Source: Planctomycetota bacterium (GTDB lineage: Bacteria; Planctomycetota; UBA1135; UBA2386). Taken from it: DNA of 64,000 nt. Location: positions 1,568,001-1,632,000 of the forward strand of contig JBKAGP010000001.1 in the NCBI GenBank assembly GCA_046290465.1. Direction: 5' to 3'. Position numbers and translations under genes: made by a program. Positions 29,880-40,400 of the stretch are shown piece after piece (the first letter of the stretch is position 1; every line of letters begins with the position of its first letter). A model generated the notes under the pieces. The model did no database searches and was not told where the DNA came from. It saw only the letters and a list, made by a program, of their open reading frames with translations.

Positions 29880-31736
29880 ATGGACGAAGACGAAGACGAC
29901 ATGCTCTTCGGCCAGCTCGGCCTGCTGCTGCACCAGCTCCGCTTCTCGCGGCGAGCCCTTGAGGACATCGAGCGCAGCACGGCCACGTACGGCAGCTTCG
30001 CGTTCACCAGCGCGCTCTCGTCCGGGGCGAGCTTCGGTGCACCGCCGCTCAGCGCGACCGGCGCGCTGCGCGTGCACGTATCGAACCTCACCGACCTGGT
30101 ACCGGGTGGCGGCCTGTTCGGCTTCATCGGCAGCCTGCTCGGCGGCATCGGCCGCTTCTTCGGCGGTCTGATCGGCGGCATCGTCGGAGGCACGGTGAGC
30201 GGTATCACGCTGCCGTACCTGATCTACGAGGTCGGGCGCATCAGCGACAACATCCGAAACGCGCTGCGGTTCCTCGGCCTGAACCTCTCCGACAGCGACG
30301 ATCCGCAGTCGCGGCGATCGTCTTCGAACACGCAGCCCGCCGCGAACGAGACGCTGGTCGGACAACTTCGCGGCATCCGATCGATCGTCGATGCGCTGAC
30401 CGCGCTGTTCACCGCGGCATCGAGCGGTGGCGACGCAGCCGCCAGCAACGCCACCAGTGCCAGCACGGCCCGTGGCCAGCAGTGGATGGCCGTGCTCAAC
30501 AGCACGCGCGCGCTGATGGACGGAATCGACCGGGTCATCCGGGGGATGATCCTGTTGGTCCCAATCCTGATCGGCAGCCTGGCCGTTCTGATCCAGCGAC
30601 TCGACAGCATGAAGCTCGCGCTCGTCGAGATCATGCAGTTTGCGGTTCGCAACACGTTCCTGTTGCGCGGGGTAATCCTGACGACAATCTTCGATCTGAT
30701 CGCGTCTGGAGCCCGACTAGCGGCCAGCCTGCTCGGCATCATCGCCAAAGCGGTGGAGACGATCCTCGGCTCGGTGTTCCGGATGATCGGCCACGTGCTC
30801 GACGGCGCGATCGCCGCGTTCCGGTTCCTGGCCACCGGCATCCAGGGAACGATCGACGGGTTGCTGCGATGGCTGGTCGACACCCTCGGCGCAGCACTGG
30901 TCTTCCTCGGCGACCTGCGCATCTTCCGGGTCCTGGTGCACATCGTCCGCATCATCCCGGCCGTGCTGCCACCGCTCTACGAGCTCATCCGCGGCTCCTC
31001 CCCTCCGCTGACCCCTGCGCAGCTCAATGACCTGCGCATCGCGGCCAACCTCACGCTCCCCGGCCCCACCACGACAGGTTCGGCTTCGATCCCGTTCCCT
31101 CCGATGCCGAACCCGGCAACGCTGCTGGCGAGCCCCGCATCTGTGGCGACCCTACGTCGTGAGCTCGACCAGGCCACGCGCGGACTCACCGGCGAAGTCG
31201 GCGGTGTCTTCCGCACCGGTGCCGGATCGCTGAACGCACTCGGCCAGCGCATCGATGTCGCCGCGCGAAGCGAGAGCCTGTTCAGCGGCGAGCGCATCCG
31301 TGACCTGCTCGACAACGTCAGCACCCGCAGCGACCAGCTCGCGGGCGCGCTCAACTCGGCCCGCGATGCGGCGGCCAACCGACCGGCGACGGGGCTCGAA
31401 CGGATCGCGGAGGCCTATGAGCGCTGGCTCAGCGGCAGCGGCCTGGACAGCCTACTCGACAACCTCGAGCGTCACTTCGCCGCGCGGCCGCCCGATCACA
31501 GCGATGTCACGGCCCAGGCCCTGGCCACCGGCGCCACACGGCCACTCGCCACGGTCGACATCGAAGACGTCACGATCGTGATCAAGGCGCCCGAGCAGAC
31601 GCCGGCACCACGTGACCCCGACGAACCCATGGTGGTCCGTGCCGACATTGGCGAGTCCACCCTGCAACCCTCCGTCCACGATCTCGACCGCACGCTCCAC
31701 CGCTGGCAGGAACGCGGTGGCTCTTTCCTGACCTAG
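29880..31736 (+). CDS. long helical hydrophobic protein 3 (tape-measure position)
   Basis: 618 aa; glycine zipper GLFGFIGSLLGGIGRFFGGLIGGIVGG; YERWLSGSG; IEDVTIVI. Confidence 0.7.
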   Translation: MDEDEDDMLFGQLGLLLHQLRFSRRALEDIERSTATYGSFAFTSALSSGASFGAPPLSATGALRVHVSNLTDLVPGGGLFGFIGSLLGGIGRFFGGLIGGIVGGTVSGITLPYLIYEVGRISDNIRNALRFLGLNLSDSDDPQSRRSSSNTQPAANETLVGQLRGIRSIVDALTALFTAASSGGDAAASNATSASTARGQQWMAVLNSTRALMDGIDRVIRGMILLVPILIGSLAVLIQRLDSMKLALVEIMQFAVRNTFLLRGVILTTIFDLIASGARLAASLLGIIAKAVETILGSVFRMIGHVLDGAIAAFRFLATGIQGTIDGLLRWLVDTLGAALVFLGDLRIFRVLVHIVRIIPAVLPPLYELIRGSSPPLTPAQLNDLRIAANLTLPGPTTTGSASIPFPPMPNPATLLASPASVATLRRELDQATRGLTGEVGGVFRTGAGSLNALGQRIDVAARSESLFSGERIRDLLDNVSTRSDQLAGALNSARDAAANRPATGLERIAEAYERWLSGSGLDSLLDNLERHFAARPPDHSDVTAQALATGATRPLATVDIEDVTIVIKAPEQTPAPRDPDEPMVVRADIGESTLQPSVHDLDRTLHRWQERGGSFLT

Positions 31737-31750
31737 CACGACGACTCCCC

Positions 31751-32488
31751 ATGGCTCGAGGATACTTAGCAAACTGGCTGGCGACGCCGCCCCTCGTCTT
31801 CCGGTTCCAGTTCAACCCAGATCTGCTCCAGGACAAGAAGGCCTGGAAGTATGAAGAGCAACCGCCCGTGCAGTGGGGCTTCGACCAAATCGACGAGGCT
31901 TCCGGTTTCGGCATCGTTCCGGCCCTCTTCCGTGACGTCAAGGACTGGGGCAGTCTGTTACTGAAGACGCGCTGGCTCAAGGCCAAGGAGGGGCAGCAGC
32001 GCACCATCGCACTCGACTTCCCGCTCGACGCGCGGGTTGCCGGCGTAGTCGAGGGTGAAGCGATCACCGATGAGACCGCCAACCCGTATGGCGGCACGAT
32101 CGCCCCGGACCTCGCATTGCTGCGCAGCTTCGTCAACCCGACGCCGGACCTGTTCACATGGCTCGACATCCTCAGCGGATCCCCCATTGCCAACCTTCTC
32201 GAGAAGCCGAGTGAATGCACGCTGATCTACGGCGGCATGAACGTCGACTGCGTCATGGAGAGCCTCAACATCAAGATCGTCGCGTTCGACGAGGAACACG
32301 AGCCTCTGCGCGCCGAAGTCAGCATCACGCTCAAAGAGCAGACGCGGGCGTTCGGGCCGATCATCGAAACAGCGACGCGACTGGGTGGGATCATCCGATC
32401 CTACGGCCGCCCTGGGTGGGGCGACGACTACGTCAACGTCATCCCCGGCGTAGGCGCCATCACGAGCCTGGTCAGCATCTTCGAATGA
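31751..32488 (+). CDS. CIS tube-initiator (Afp7/gp48-like) protein
   Basis: FRFQFNP...CVMESLNIKIVAFD...PLRAEVSITLKE. Confidence 0.8.
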   Translation: MARGYLANWLATPPLVFRFQFNPDLLQDKKAWKYEEQPPVQWGFDQIDEASGFGIVPALFRDVKDWGSLLLKTRWLKAKEGQQRTIALDFPLDARVAGVVEGEAITDETANPYGGTIAPDLALLRSFVNPTPDLFTWLDILSGSPIANLLEKPSECTLIYGGMNVDCVMESLNIKIVAFDEEHEPLRAEVSITLKEQTRAFGPIIETATRLGGIIRSYGRPGWGDDYVNVIPGVGAITSLVSIFE

Positions 32489-32504
32489 ACAGGAGGGTTC
32501 CCTA

Positions 32505-32819
32505 GTGCCACTCGATCCCCGATCCCGATACCAAGGCCTGGACACCTACGAAGTCTCGATGGCGGATGAATCCGTCCGTCCGAGCGTGCCGATTCGGCGC
32601 TCGCCCGCTGCATCGCCCGAACGTGCGCTCGAGCACGTGGTGATCGGCGGCGAAGACCTCGAGTACTTGGCCTGGCGCTACTACGGCGACAGCCGCCAGT
32701 GGTGGCGGATCGCCGACGCCAATGGCCTGCAGTTCCCCACCGACGTCCGGTCCGGCACCACGGTCCGGATTCCGGGGCGCAGCGGCATCGGCGGGATCGT
32801 TCGCACGAGGAAGTTCTGA
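32505..32819 (+). CDS. LysM/tail X (gp53-like) baseplate protein
   Basis: SRY...LEYLAWRYYGDSRQWWRIADAN. Confidence 0.85.
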   Translation: MPLDPRSRYQGLDTYEVSMADESVRPSVPIRRSPAASPERALEHVVIGGEDLEYLAWRYYGDSRQWWRIADANGLQFPTDVRSGTTVRIPGRSGIGGIVRTRKF

Positions 32820-33940
32820 TGGTCGACGAGTACGAACCGTTCACGCAGGTATCGATCGAAGGCGTCGACGTCTCGAGCAACGTCGTCGAGGTCGATATCG
32901 AAGATCACGACGGGCTGATCGACAAGGTCGAGATCGTGCTGCTCGATCCCGGCGAGTTCACCAGTGAACTGCCGCGAGAAGGGCAGCGGGTGGTCGTGGA
33001 TCTGGGCTGGCAGGAGGAGCACGCAGTGCTCTTCGAAGGTGTCGTCTCGGAGGCATGCGTGCGCGCCCGCGGTGCCGGCCAGCAACAGGTTCAGTTGACG
33101 GCCTACGATCTCAGCTACCTGCTCAAGCGCCGCACTCCCACCCCCACCAACCACGTCGGCCCGCTGAGCACGATTCTGCGCGAGATCGTCGAACGGGACC
33201 CGAGCACCGGCATCGTGGTCGGCCAGATCGAGCCCGATCCGGATCCCGAGTTCGATGATCGACAACCGCTGCGGCAGACAGGGCAGAGCGATTGGGACCT
33301 GATCGCCGAGATGGCCGCTCGTTACCGCAGCCGCGCCTTCGTCGAGTACAACGAAGGCGCCAGCCGGTTCTACTTCCTGCCGGTCGCACGGCTCGTCGGG
33401 GTCGATCCTGTCGGCCGGCTGTCTTACTGCGGCAACAGTGGTCGTTTGATCGAGTTCGAATACGAACGCGTCGCATCGACGGCCGACCCGCAGCGCACCG
33501 CCGTCATCAGCGATCCCACGACTGGATCGACGCTGACCGAAGCCGCCGGCGAGCGCGCCGACGAACAGCCCGCCGAACTGTCGAGCCAGGCCATCGACGA
33601 GGGCGGCGACATGCTCAGCCAGGCGCTCGACACGACGTCACAGGCCGTGAACACCCCGACCCAGCAACGGCCGGCCGGCCTCGTCCAGGGGCTGCCGTCG
33701 GATCCCGGCCTCGCGACAAGTCTGGCGGTCGACGACGCCAGCCGCCTGCACGGCCTCCGTGGTCGCGGCAGAGCGGTCGGCTCGGTGTTGCTGCGCGCCA
33801 AGAGCATCGTCGAGATCGAAGGCGTGGCGAGCTGGGCCAGCGGCCCGTGGTACGTCCGGCAGGTCAACCACGTCGTGGCCAGGCCCGGTTCGAGACGCGA
33901 CCACACTACGTACCGCTGCATGTTCGAGGTAACGCGATGA
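32819..33940 (+). CDS. baseplate hub (late control D / VgrG gp27-like)
   Basis: VDLGW...LFEG...QTGQSDWDLI..MA.R...SGPWYVRQVNH. Confidence 0.85.
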   Translation: MVDEYEPFTQVSIEGVDVSSNVVEVDIEDHDGLIDKVEIVLLDPGEFTSELPREGQRVVVDLGWQEEHAVLFEGVVSEACVRARGAGQQQVQLTAYDLSYLLKRRTPTPTNHVGPLSTILREIVERDPSTGIVVGQIEPDPDPEFDDRQPLRQTGQSDWDLIAEMAARYRSRAFVEYNEGASRFYFLPVARLVGVDPVGRLSYCGNSGRLIEFEYERVASTADPQRTAVISDPTTGSTLTEAAGERADEQPAELSSQAIDEGGDMLSQALDTTSQAVNTPTQQRPAGLVQGLPSDPGLATSLAVDDASRLHGLRGRGRAVGSVLLRAKSIVEIEGVASWASGPWYVRQVNHVVARPGSRRDHTTYRCMFEVTR

Positions 33941-34740
33941 TCCCGAGCGAACTCAGACGACACGTCGGCAAGTACTACGGCAAGTACAGCGGCGAGGTTA
34001 CGGACAACGAAGACGAAGGCCAGCGCGGCCTCATCCGCGTGAAGGTGCCGGCCGTCTTCGGCGACGAACTCGTCGCAACGGCCCGGCCTTGCCTGCCGAC
34101 CGCGCACTTCTTCGTGCCGGACGTGGGAGCACGCGTCTGGGTCGAGTTCGAAGCCGGCGATCCACGCCATCCGATCTGGGTCGGCACCTGGTACGCAGAG
34201 GACGAGCCTCCGGAGGAAAGCCGGCTGACGCCACCGAGCAACCGCGTGATCCACACGAACGCCGGCCACACGATCGAGATCTCCGACGAAGCCGGCGAGG
34301 AAAAGATCACCATCAAGCACAAGGAGAACGCCTTCTTGTCGATCGACCCGAACGGCAGCGTGACGATCTCCGACAGCGGCGGCTCGCACATCTACCTCAA
34401 CGCTGATGCGGCGGAGGCAACGATGATGAGCCAGCACGGCCACCTGGTCACGATGACCGACGGCGGGCTTGCGCTCGTCAACAAGGACGGCTCCGCCTTC
34501 GACCTGCAGGGTGACGTAGCCAGGATCACCGCGTCGAACATCGTGCTCGACGGCCAGAACGTCGCCATCGGCAACGGCGCCGGCCCGACCGACCAGGTCG
34601 TCAAGGCAACTCCGTTCAGCCAACTCTGGCAGATGTTCCTGACGCACACCCACGCGACCGCCATGGGACCGAGCGGCCCACCGCTGCCGCCGGTGCCCAT
34701 GGTCCCCGCCCAGCATTACTCCTCGGTGATGGTCAAGTGA
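33937..34740 (+). CDS. spike protein (gpV/gp5 OB-fold) with C-terminal HxH
   Basis: YYGKYSG.V.DNED...RVKVP, FFVPDVGARVWVEFEAGDPRHPIWVG, THTH. Confidence 0.9.
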   Translation: MIPSELRRHVGKYYGKYSGEVTDNEDEGQRGLIRVKVPAVFGDELVATARPCLPTAHFFVPDVGARVWVEFEAGDPRHPIWVGTWYAEDEPPEESRLTPPSNRVIHTNAGHTIEISDEAGEEKITIKHKENAFLSIDPNGSVTISDSGGSHIYLNADAAEATMMSQHGHLVTMTDGGLALVNKDGSAFDLQGDVARITASNIVLDGQNVAIGNGAGPTDQVVKATPFSQLWQMFLTHTHATAMGPSGPPLPPVPMVPAQHYSSVMVK

Positions 34741-34800
34741 TCGCGATGCATCTCCATCCTTCGTCAACGAGCAGATCCGCGTTCTCGGATCTTCCAACGC

Positions 34801-35154
34801 ATGAGCAAGTGCAGCTTCCCGCCACTCCCGTCGCTAGCGATCCCGCTGCCGCCGATCCCCGGGCTTCCCTCGCTGCCAGCGCTGCCGTCACCGCCAGCCC
34901 TGCCGGCCCTGCCCGAACTGCCGTCACCGCCGCCGCTGCCAACCCTCGCGATTCCCGTGCCGCCGATCCCGGGGCTGCCTTCGCTGCCGGCCTTGCCGTC
35001 CCCGCCGGCACTTCCCGCCCTACCCGACCTGCCATCGCTCCCCCCTCTGCCGACGCCCGCGATCCCGCTGCCGCCGATCCCCGGCCTGCCATCGCTGCCT
35101 TCGCTACCGGCGCTACCTGCCCTGCCAGCGCTGCCGGCGTGTCCGCTCGACTGA
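34801..35154 (+). CDS. polyproline repeat protein, 3x37 aa, Cys near both ends
   Basis: MSKCSF-(PPLPxxAIPxPPIPGLPSLP...)x3 ending CPLD; nucleotide copies diverge mostly at synonymous sites in this frame. Confidence 0.7.
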   Translation: MSKCSFPPLPSLAIPLPPIPGLPSLPALPSPPALPALPELPSPPPLPTLAIPVPPIPGLPSLPALPSPPALPALPDLPSLPPLPTPAIPLPPIPGLPSLPSLPALPALPALPACPLD

Positions 35155-35197
35155 GACGCGTACGCGCCGCCGCGCCGCGACTCCACGGAGGTCGATC

Positions 35198-35446
35198 ATG
35201 GCACTAGATATCGCCGCGATGCAGTCCACCCTGGAGGCGGCTCTCAAGACCAACTTCGAGAAGGCCGTCGAGGAGGAGTGGGACCGGGACCGGTCGGCGC
35301 AGGAACTCGCTGCGGCCATCGCAACCGCCGTCGATGCCTATGTGCGCGCGGCCGTTGTGAGCGGCGTTCGCACCGAGGTCCTGGACGTTCCCGGAACCAC
35401 CGTGATCGGCAGCGGAACCCAGGCGGGCTCCGTGTCCCTGAGTTGA
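35198..35446 (+). CDS. small hypothetical CIS protein
   Basis: 82 aa, GGAGG RBS upstream, helical N-terminus. Confidence 0.7.
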   Translation: MALDIAAMQSTLEAALKTNFEKAVEEEWDRDRSAQELAAAIATAVDAYVRAAVVSGVRTEVLDVPGTTVIGSGTQAGSVSLS

Positions 35447-35458
35447 GGAGCCATCGAG

Positions 35459-35827
35459 ATGACCGACCCAATCAAAGGCCTGTCGCTGCCGTTTCGCATC
35501 GATCCGGCATCTGGCGGTGTGCAGTCCGCGACCGGGGACCAGAAGATCAAGATGAACCTGCGCTCGCTCCTCGGCACCCGACACGGTGAACGTCCGATGC
35601 TGCGCGACTTCGGGTCGCGCATCCACTCCCTCGTGCACGAGCTCAACGACCCGGCCCTGGCTCGTTCGATCACCAAGCACCTGCAGGAGTCCCTGCTCGG
35701 TTGGGAACGCCGTGTCTTCGTCACCGACACGGCCACGCAGTCCATTGAAGGGCAGCTGCACGTCGTCCTGCGCTACCGCTACGTCGACACCCAGGAAGAA
35801 CAGGAGGTGGCCATTCCGGTGGCCTGA
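35459..35827 (+). CDS. gp25/GPW baseplate wedge protein
   Basis: GLSLPFRID...LLGTRHGERPMLRDFGS...WERRV. Confidence 0.92.
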   Translation: MTDPIKGLSLPFRIDPASGGVQSATGDQKIKMNLRSLLGTRHGERPMLRDFGSRIHSLVHELNDPALARSITKHLQESLLGWERRVFVTDTATQSIEGQLHVVLRYRYVDTQEEQEVAIPVA

Positions 35828-35832
35828 GAGCG

Positions 35833-37437
35833 ATGAGCGACCATTTGGCGATCGACTACACAAACAAGGACTACAGCTCGCTGCGCGCCGCGCTGCTGCG
35901 TCTGGCTCGCTATCGACTGCCGGAATGGACAGACCACAGCCCAGCCGACCTCGGTGTCGTGCTGGTCGACCTGTTCGCCTACATGGGCGACGTGATCCTC
36001 TACTACCAAGACCGGATCGCGAACGAGAGTTTCCTGGCGACCGCACAGGAACGCGCCAGCGTGATGCACCTGCTGCGCCAGATCGGCTACGAGATGAAAC
36101 GCCCGGTCCCGGCGACCACCGAGCTCGAGTTGACGTTCACTCCGCCAGGCGGGCCGGCGGTCGTGGCCATCCCGCACGGCACGGCGTTCCGGGCGACGCA
36201 ACCGAGCGACGCCCGCCCCTACTTCGAATACATGGGACCGGACCTCACGGTCGACCTCAACAGCGACCAGGTCCGCCCTCAGGACGGTAGCGCGAACGTC
36301 ACCTACGCACTCCCCGTACACCAGAGTCGCACCGTCCCGACCGAGGTCCTCGGGAGCTCGACCGGCGAAGCGAACCAGCGCTTCCGCCTCACCCAGGCCC
36401 CCGCGATCCTCGAAAGCATCGCCGTCGAAGTCGATGAAGGTGCTGGCTGGGTGCGATGGGATCGTCGCGAGAGCCTGCTCTATCAGGTCGATCGCGACGG
36501 TCGCGTGGCCGTCTCCGCTGCCGATGCTCGCGACTGCTACTGCCAGTACGACGAAGACGGCAACGCGTGGGTGCACTTCGGCGATGGCGAGTACGGTCGC
36601 CGCCCACCGCTTGGCACGAACAACATCCGGGTCACTTATCGCGTCGGTGGCGGGTCCGTAGGCAACGTCCCCCCCGGCAGCATCACCGAGTCCGTGGCCG
36701 CGATCGCCAACCTGACCGCCGTGAGCAACCCGCTTTCGGCCGCGGGCGGCGAGGACGAGCAGAGCACCGCGGATGCGGCGCGGCTGGGGCCGCAGGTGTT
36801 CCGATCCACGGAGCGGGCGGTGACCGTGCAGGACTACGTCGCCCTGGCCTACCAGGCTGGCGGCGTCGAGAAGGCCCGCGCCCGCGCCCTCGGTTGGAAC
36901 CGCATCCAGCTCTACGTTGCGGCCACGGGCTCGAGCTGCGGCCCCGTTCCGGAGGGTCTGCGGCGCCAGTTGCTGGCCTGGTTCGAAGATCGTCGCATGG
37001 CGGGCACGTTCGTCGAGATCATGGATCCGACGTGCGTAGCCATCGACGTGACCATCGCAGTGACGATCGACCCGCACTTCCAACCCGAGTCGGTCCGGCA
37101 GCAGGTCGCGGATGCCGCGCACGCGATCCTCGCCTACGCCAACACGAGCTTCGGCCAGGTCCTCAGCCAGGCCGAACCACTGGCCGCCGCCAGAGCCGTC
37201 GCCGGGGTAGTGGCCGCGGACATCCTCCACTTCCGCCGCAACGACGAAGCCATCGACCAGCGGCAGTGGGACGATCGGCTCAGCGACGCATCTCTGCCCG
37301 AGTTCTCGGGGCTTCCGGACTTCTTGCAGGAGGCCTTGTTGAGCCAGCGGCGAACGAACGAGCGCATCGAACTCGGTGAGTTCGAGATCCCGGTTAGCGG
37401 AACCATCGAGGTCGAGGTCGAAGTGAAGCAGCCGTGA
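35833..37437 (+). CDS. baseplate J/gp6-like protein
   Basis: IDYTNKDYSS...PEWTDHSPADLG...YYQDRIANESFLATA; FGDG.YGRRPP; RAVTVQDY. Confidence 0.92.
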   Translation: MSDHLAIDYTNKDYSSLRAALLRLARYRLPEWTDHSPADLGVVLVDLFAYMGDVILYYQDRIANESFLATAQERASVMHLLRQIGYEMKRPVPATTELELTFTPPGGPAVVAIPHGTAFRATQPSDARPYFEYMGPDLTVDLNSDQVRPQDGSANVTYALPVHQSRTVPTEVLGSSTGEANQRFRLTQAPAILESIAVEVDEGAGWVRWDRRESLLYQVDRDGRVAVSAADARDCYCQYDEDGNAWVHFGDGEYGRRPPLGTNNIRVTYRVGGGSVGNVPPGSITESVAAIANLTAVSNPLSAAGGEDEQSTADAARLGPQVFRSTERAVTVQDYVALAYQAGGVEKARARALGWNRIQLYVAATGSSCGPVPEGLRRQLLAWFEDRRMAGTFVEIMDPTCVAIDVTIAVTIDPHFQPESVRQQVADAAHAILAYANTSFGQVLSQAEPLAAARAVAGVVAADILHFRRNDEAIDQRQWDDRLSDASLPEFSGLPDFLQEALLSQRRTNERIELGEFEIPVSGTIEVEVEVKQP

Positions 37438-40400
37438 GGATCATCGACTTCCAAGCCGAGCCCGACATCGTGGGCCGCCGCGTGCGCATCAGCTGGACGT
37501 TCGTCCCCGAGGCGGGAGAGTCCATAGCAGATGCGCCGCAGGTACGGCTGCGGCGCAAACTCCACGACTTCGACTTCCCGACCATGCCGCCACCCGATCC
37601 GTGGCTGGTGTTCGACAGCGCCGCATTCCCGCCGGCTCCGGTGCCGGGCGCCATCCGCGTCACCTCCCTGCCGCGGTTGGAGGACCGGGATGGCGCGGAG
37701 CGCGAGGTCGCGGTTCCCGTATCCGTCGCGGTCCCCGTGGCGGGAACCGATCGCTGGCTCGAGGTCGCCCGGCGCACGATCGTCACCCGCTACGGCGCCG
37801 ACGGGTTGCCTGTCTGGCGGCGCATCGAAGTGCTCGACAACGGCCCCGAGCCGTTCAGCCTGCAACCGGGCACCACGTACTACTACCAGCTCACCGGCAA
37901 CCTCGGGAGCACACCTGCCAAAGACGTTCGAGACACCGCCGCAGTCGGCGAAGGGCATGCACTGGGCCGCATGCTCTACGACCGGCTGCCGCAGGTCCTG
38001 AAGCACGGCGACACGGCGCAACGACCCGATGCCTCCGGCACCGACACGGTCCCCGAGATGTCGCGCGGCCAAGGCCAGCTCCGTCGCTTTCTGGACAATT
38101 TCGGCGCGGGTCTCGACTCGATGCGATCGAGCGCCGACCACCTCGGCAGTCTCAAGCAGATCGACGACGTCGACGCGCGCTTCCTCGGTGCGATGGGTCG
38201 CTCGATCGGCTGGACGTTCGACCGCCGCGACGACATCCCGCTGCATCGCAATGAGCTCAAGAACGCCGTGCGGCTGTATCGCCGTGTCGGCTCGATCCCG
38301 GGCATGCGCGCGATCATCGAGCGCTATGCCGGCTGGAGCAGCCGGGCCAGCGAGTTCGCCCAGCAGGTCTGGCGCGCGAACAACGGCGCGAGCTACCACG
38401 TCCTGGCGTCCTGGCAGGTCGGCGGCGAATGGCAGGCGATCGACGCCGTCGCCACCCAGCTGGGTTTCGGCCCTGGCAACCGGACCGCGCTCGGCGCACC
38501 TGGCGCCGCCGCGACGCTCACCGGAACCGTGCTCGAACCGTTCGCACTGCCGCCGTCCGCAACGCTCGCGCTGGCGACGGACGGGCGCCCGACGCGCGCG
38601 GTCCGATTCACCGACAGCGACTTCGTGAATCCCGGTGCCACGACCGCTGCCGAACTTGCCGCCGTGCTCGATCGGCGGCTGCCAGACGTCATCGTGCGAG
38701 CCAACGCAGGAGCTCTCGAGATCGCCACCCGCCGGATCGGCATCGAGGCGCGGCTCGACGTCCGAGTCGAAGCTGCGGCACCGGTCAGCATCGCGGACGG
38801 CCCCGCGGAACGCCCTGCCACCTTCGTCGACCGCAACGGGCGCCTGCGAATCTTCGCGACGGCGGCCGTGGCGGACGAAACGGAGGGCATCGGGCAACAT
38901 GCGATCGCGGCCAGCCAGCGGCAAAGGGTGCGGATACTCTGCCACGCACATCGCGACTGGTGGGACGAGCAGGTGGTGGCCGGCGTGCCCGGACGGGGAC
39001 AGGCCTGCCCAGCCGCGGTGGAACTGCCCGACGGCAGGCTTTGGCTGGTGTGGGTCGACGCCGACGCGGACGACTCGCGGCTACGCGGCCAGCTCGGCGT
39101 CGACGCCCCGCAGCTGCCACCCAGGATCTCAGGCCAGCTGCAGGAACCGTTCGAACTCGCGGTCGGGAGCAGTCTGCGCATCGAGGGATCACTGCCGGTG
39201 GAGACCTATACGGTGCTGGCCGCCGACTTCGTCGACCCGACGCAGGCGACCGCTGTCGAGGTCGTCGCGGCGATGAACGCCCAGCTCGCCACGGTCACCG
39301 CCAGCGTGCAACCAGACGGCTCGATCGCGCTCCTCGGAACTGACGCCGGCCCGGATGCATGGCGAGGGATCGACCTTTCGCAGTCGACCTGTGCACGCGT
39401 GCTGGGACTCGCCGAGCCGGACCGCGCGGCGCAGGGGAGCTGGAGCCACGAGCCTCTGTGGTCCACGCCTTTCTTCGTCGCGGGATCGAACGCCCGGAGC
39501 CAGGCGGACTGCCACGCAGTGGTCGACCCGGCCGGCGGGGTACGCCTGTTCCGCAGCCGTCACCGGGATCGCCGCTGGCACGTCTGTGCCACCCACTGGG
39601 ACGATCGCCGCCTGTTGGTGACCGACAGCGGACTGGGCACCAACGCGGCGGGAGCCGGCTGGACCGCCGAGACGATCGCCGACGGCATGCCGAGCGACGA
39701 CTGCCGCGCCGTGGCGGTCGACTGCGACGGCGACGTCTGGGTCGCAACCGCAGCCGGTGTCGGTCGCCGCCGCCCCGATGGCACCTGGACCACGATCGAC
39801 CTCGGCTCGGGACTCGCGAGCGATGATCTGAGAGACTGCGCGTTCGACGCGAGCGGCGCCATCTGGCTCGCCGGCGCGATGGGCGCCGACCGGATCGACA
39901 CGGCCGGAGCGATCACCAACTTCGCATTGCCGGACGGCCTGCCGAGCCTCGACTGTCGCGCGATCGCCGTCGACTCCGAAGACCGAGTCTGGATCGCGAC
40001 GGCAGCGGGCCTGGCCACACGCTCGACCGACGGGGCCTGGAGCGTCATCGCGACTCCGGAACTGCCCGGCCTCGACGTCGTGCAGCTGGCGTTCGACGAG
40101 AGCGGCAGCGTCTGGGTCGCAACGACGAACGGCCTGGCCACCCGCGACGTGCGCGGCACTTGGACGCAACCCGAAACCGGCTGGACCGGCGCCGTGCTGC
40201 GCGACGTCGCGGTCGGACCCGATGGTGTGATCTGGGTTACCAGCGACCTGGGCCTGGCACAGCGCGAGACCGACGGTTCGTGGACGCGCTGGGACACCGC
40301 CAGCGGCCTGCCGAGCAACGACTGCCGACGCCTGTCCTTCACCGACGACGGCCAGCTCGAGGTCGCGACTCCCGCCGGACTGGCGGTCCGGACGGCGAAC

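Noticed and set aside
34764..35186. Gly-Ser-rich collagen-like ORF on the minus strand
   Set aside because: Mirror of the Pro-rich + strand gene, which fits operon direction and synonymous variation
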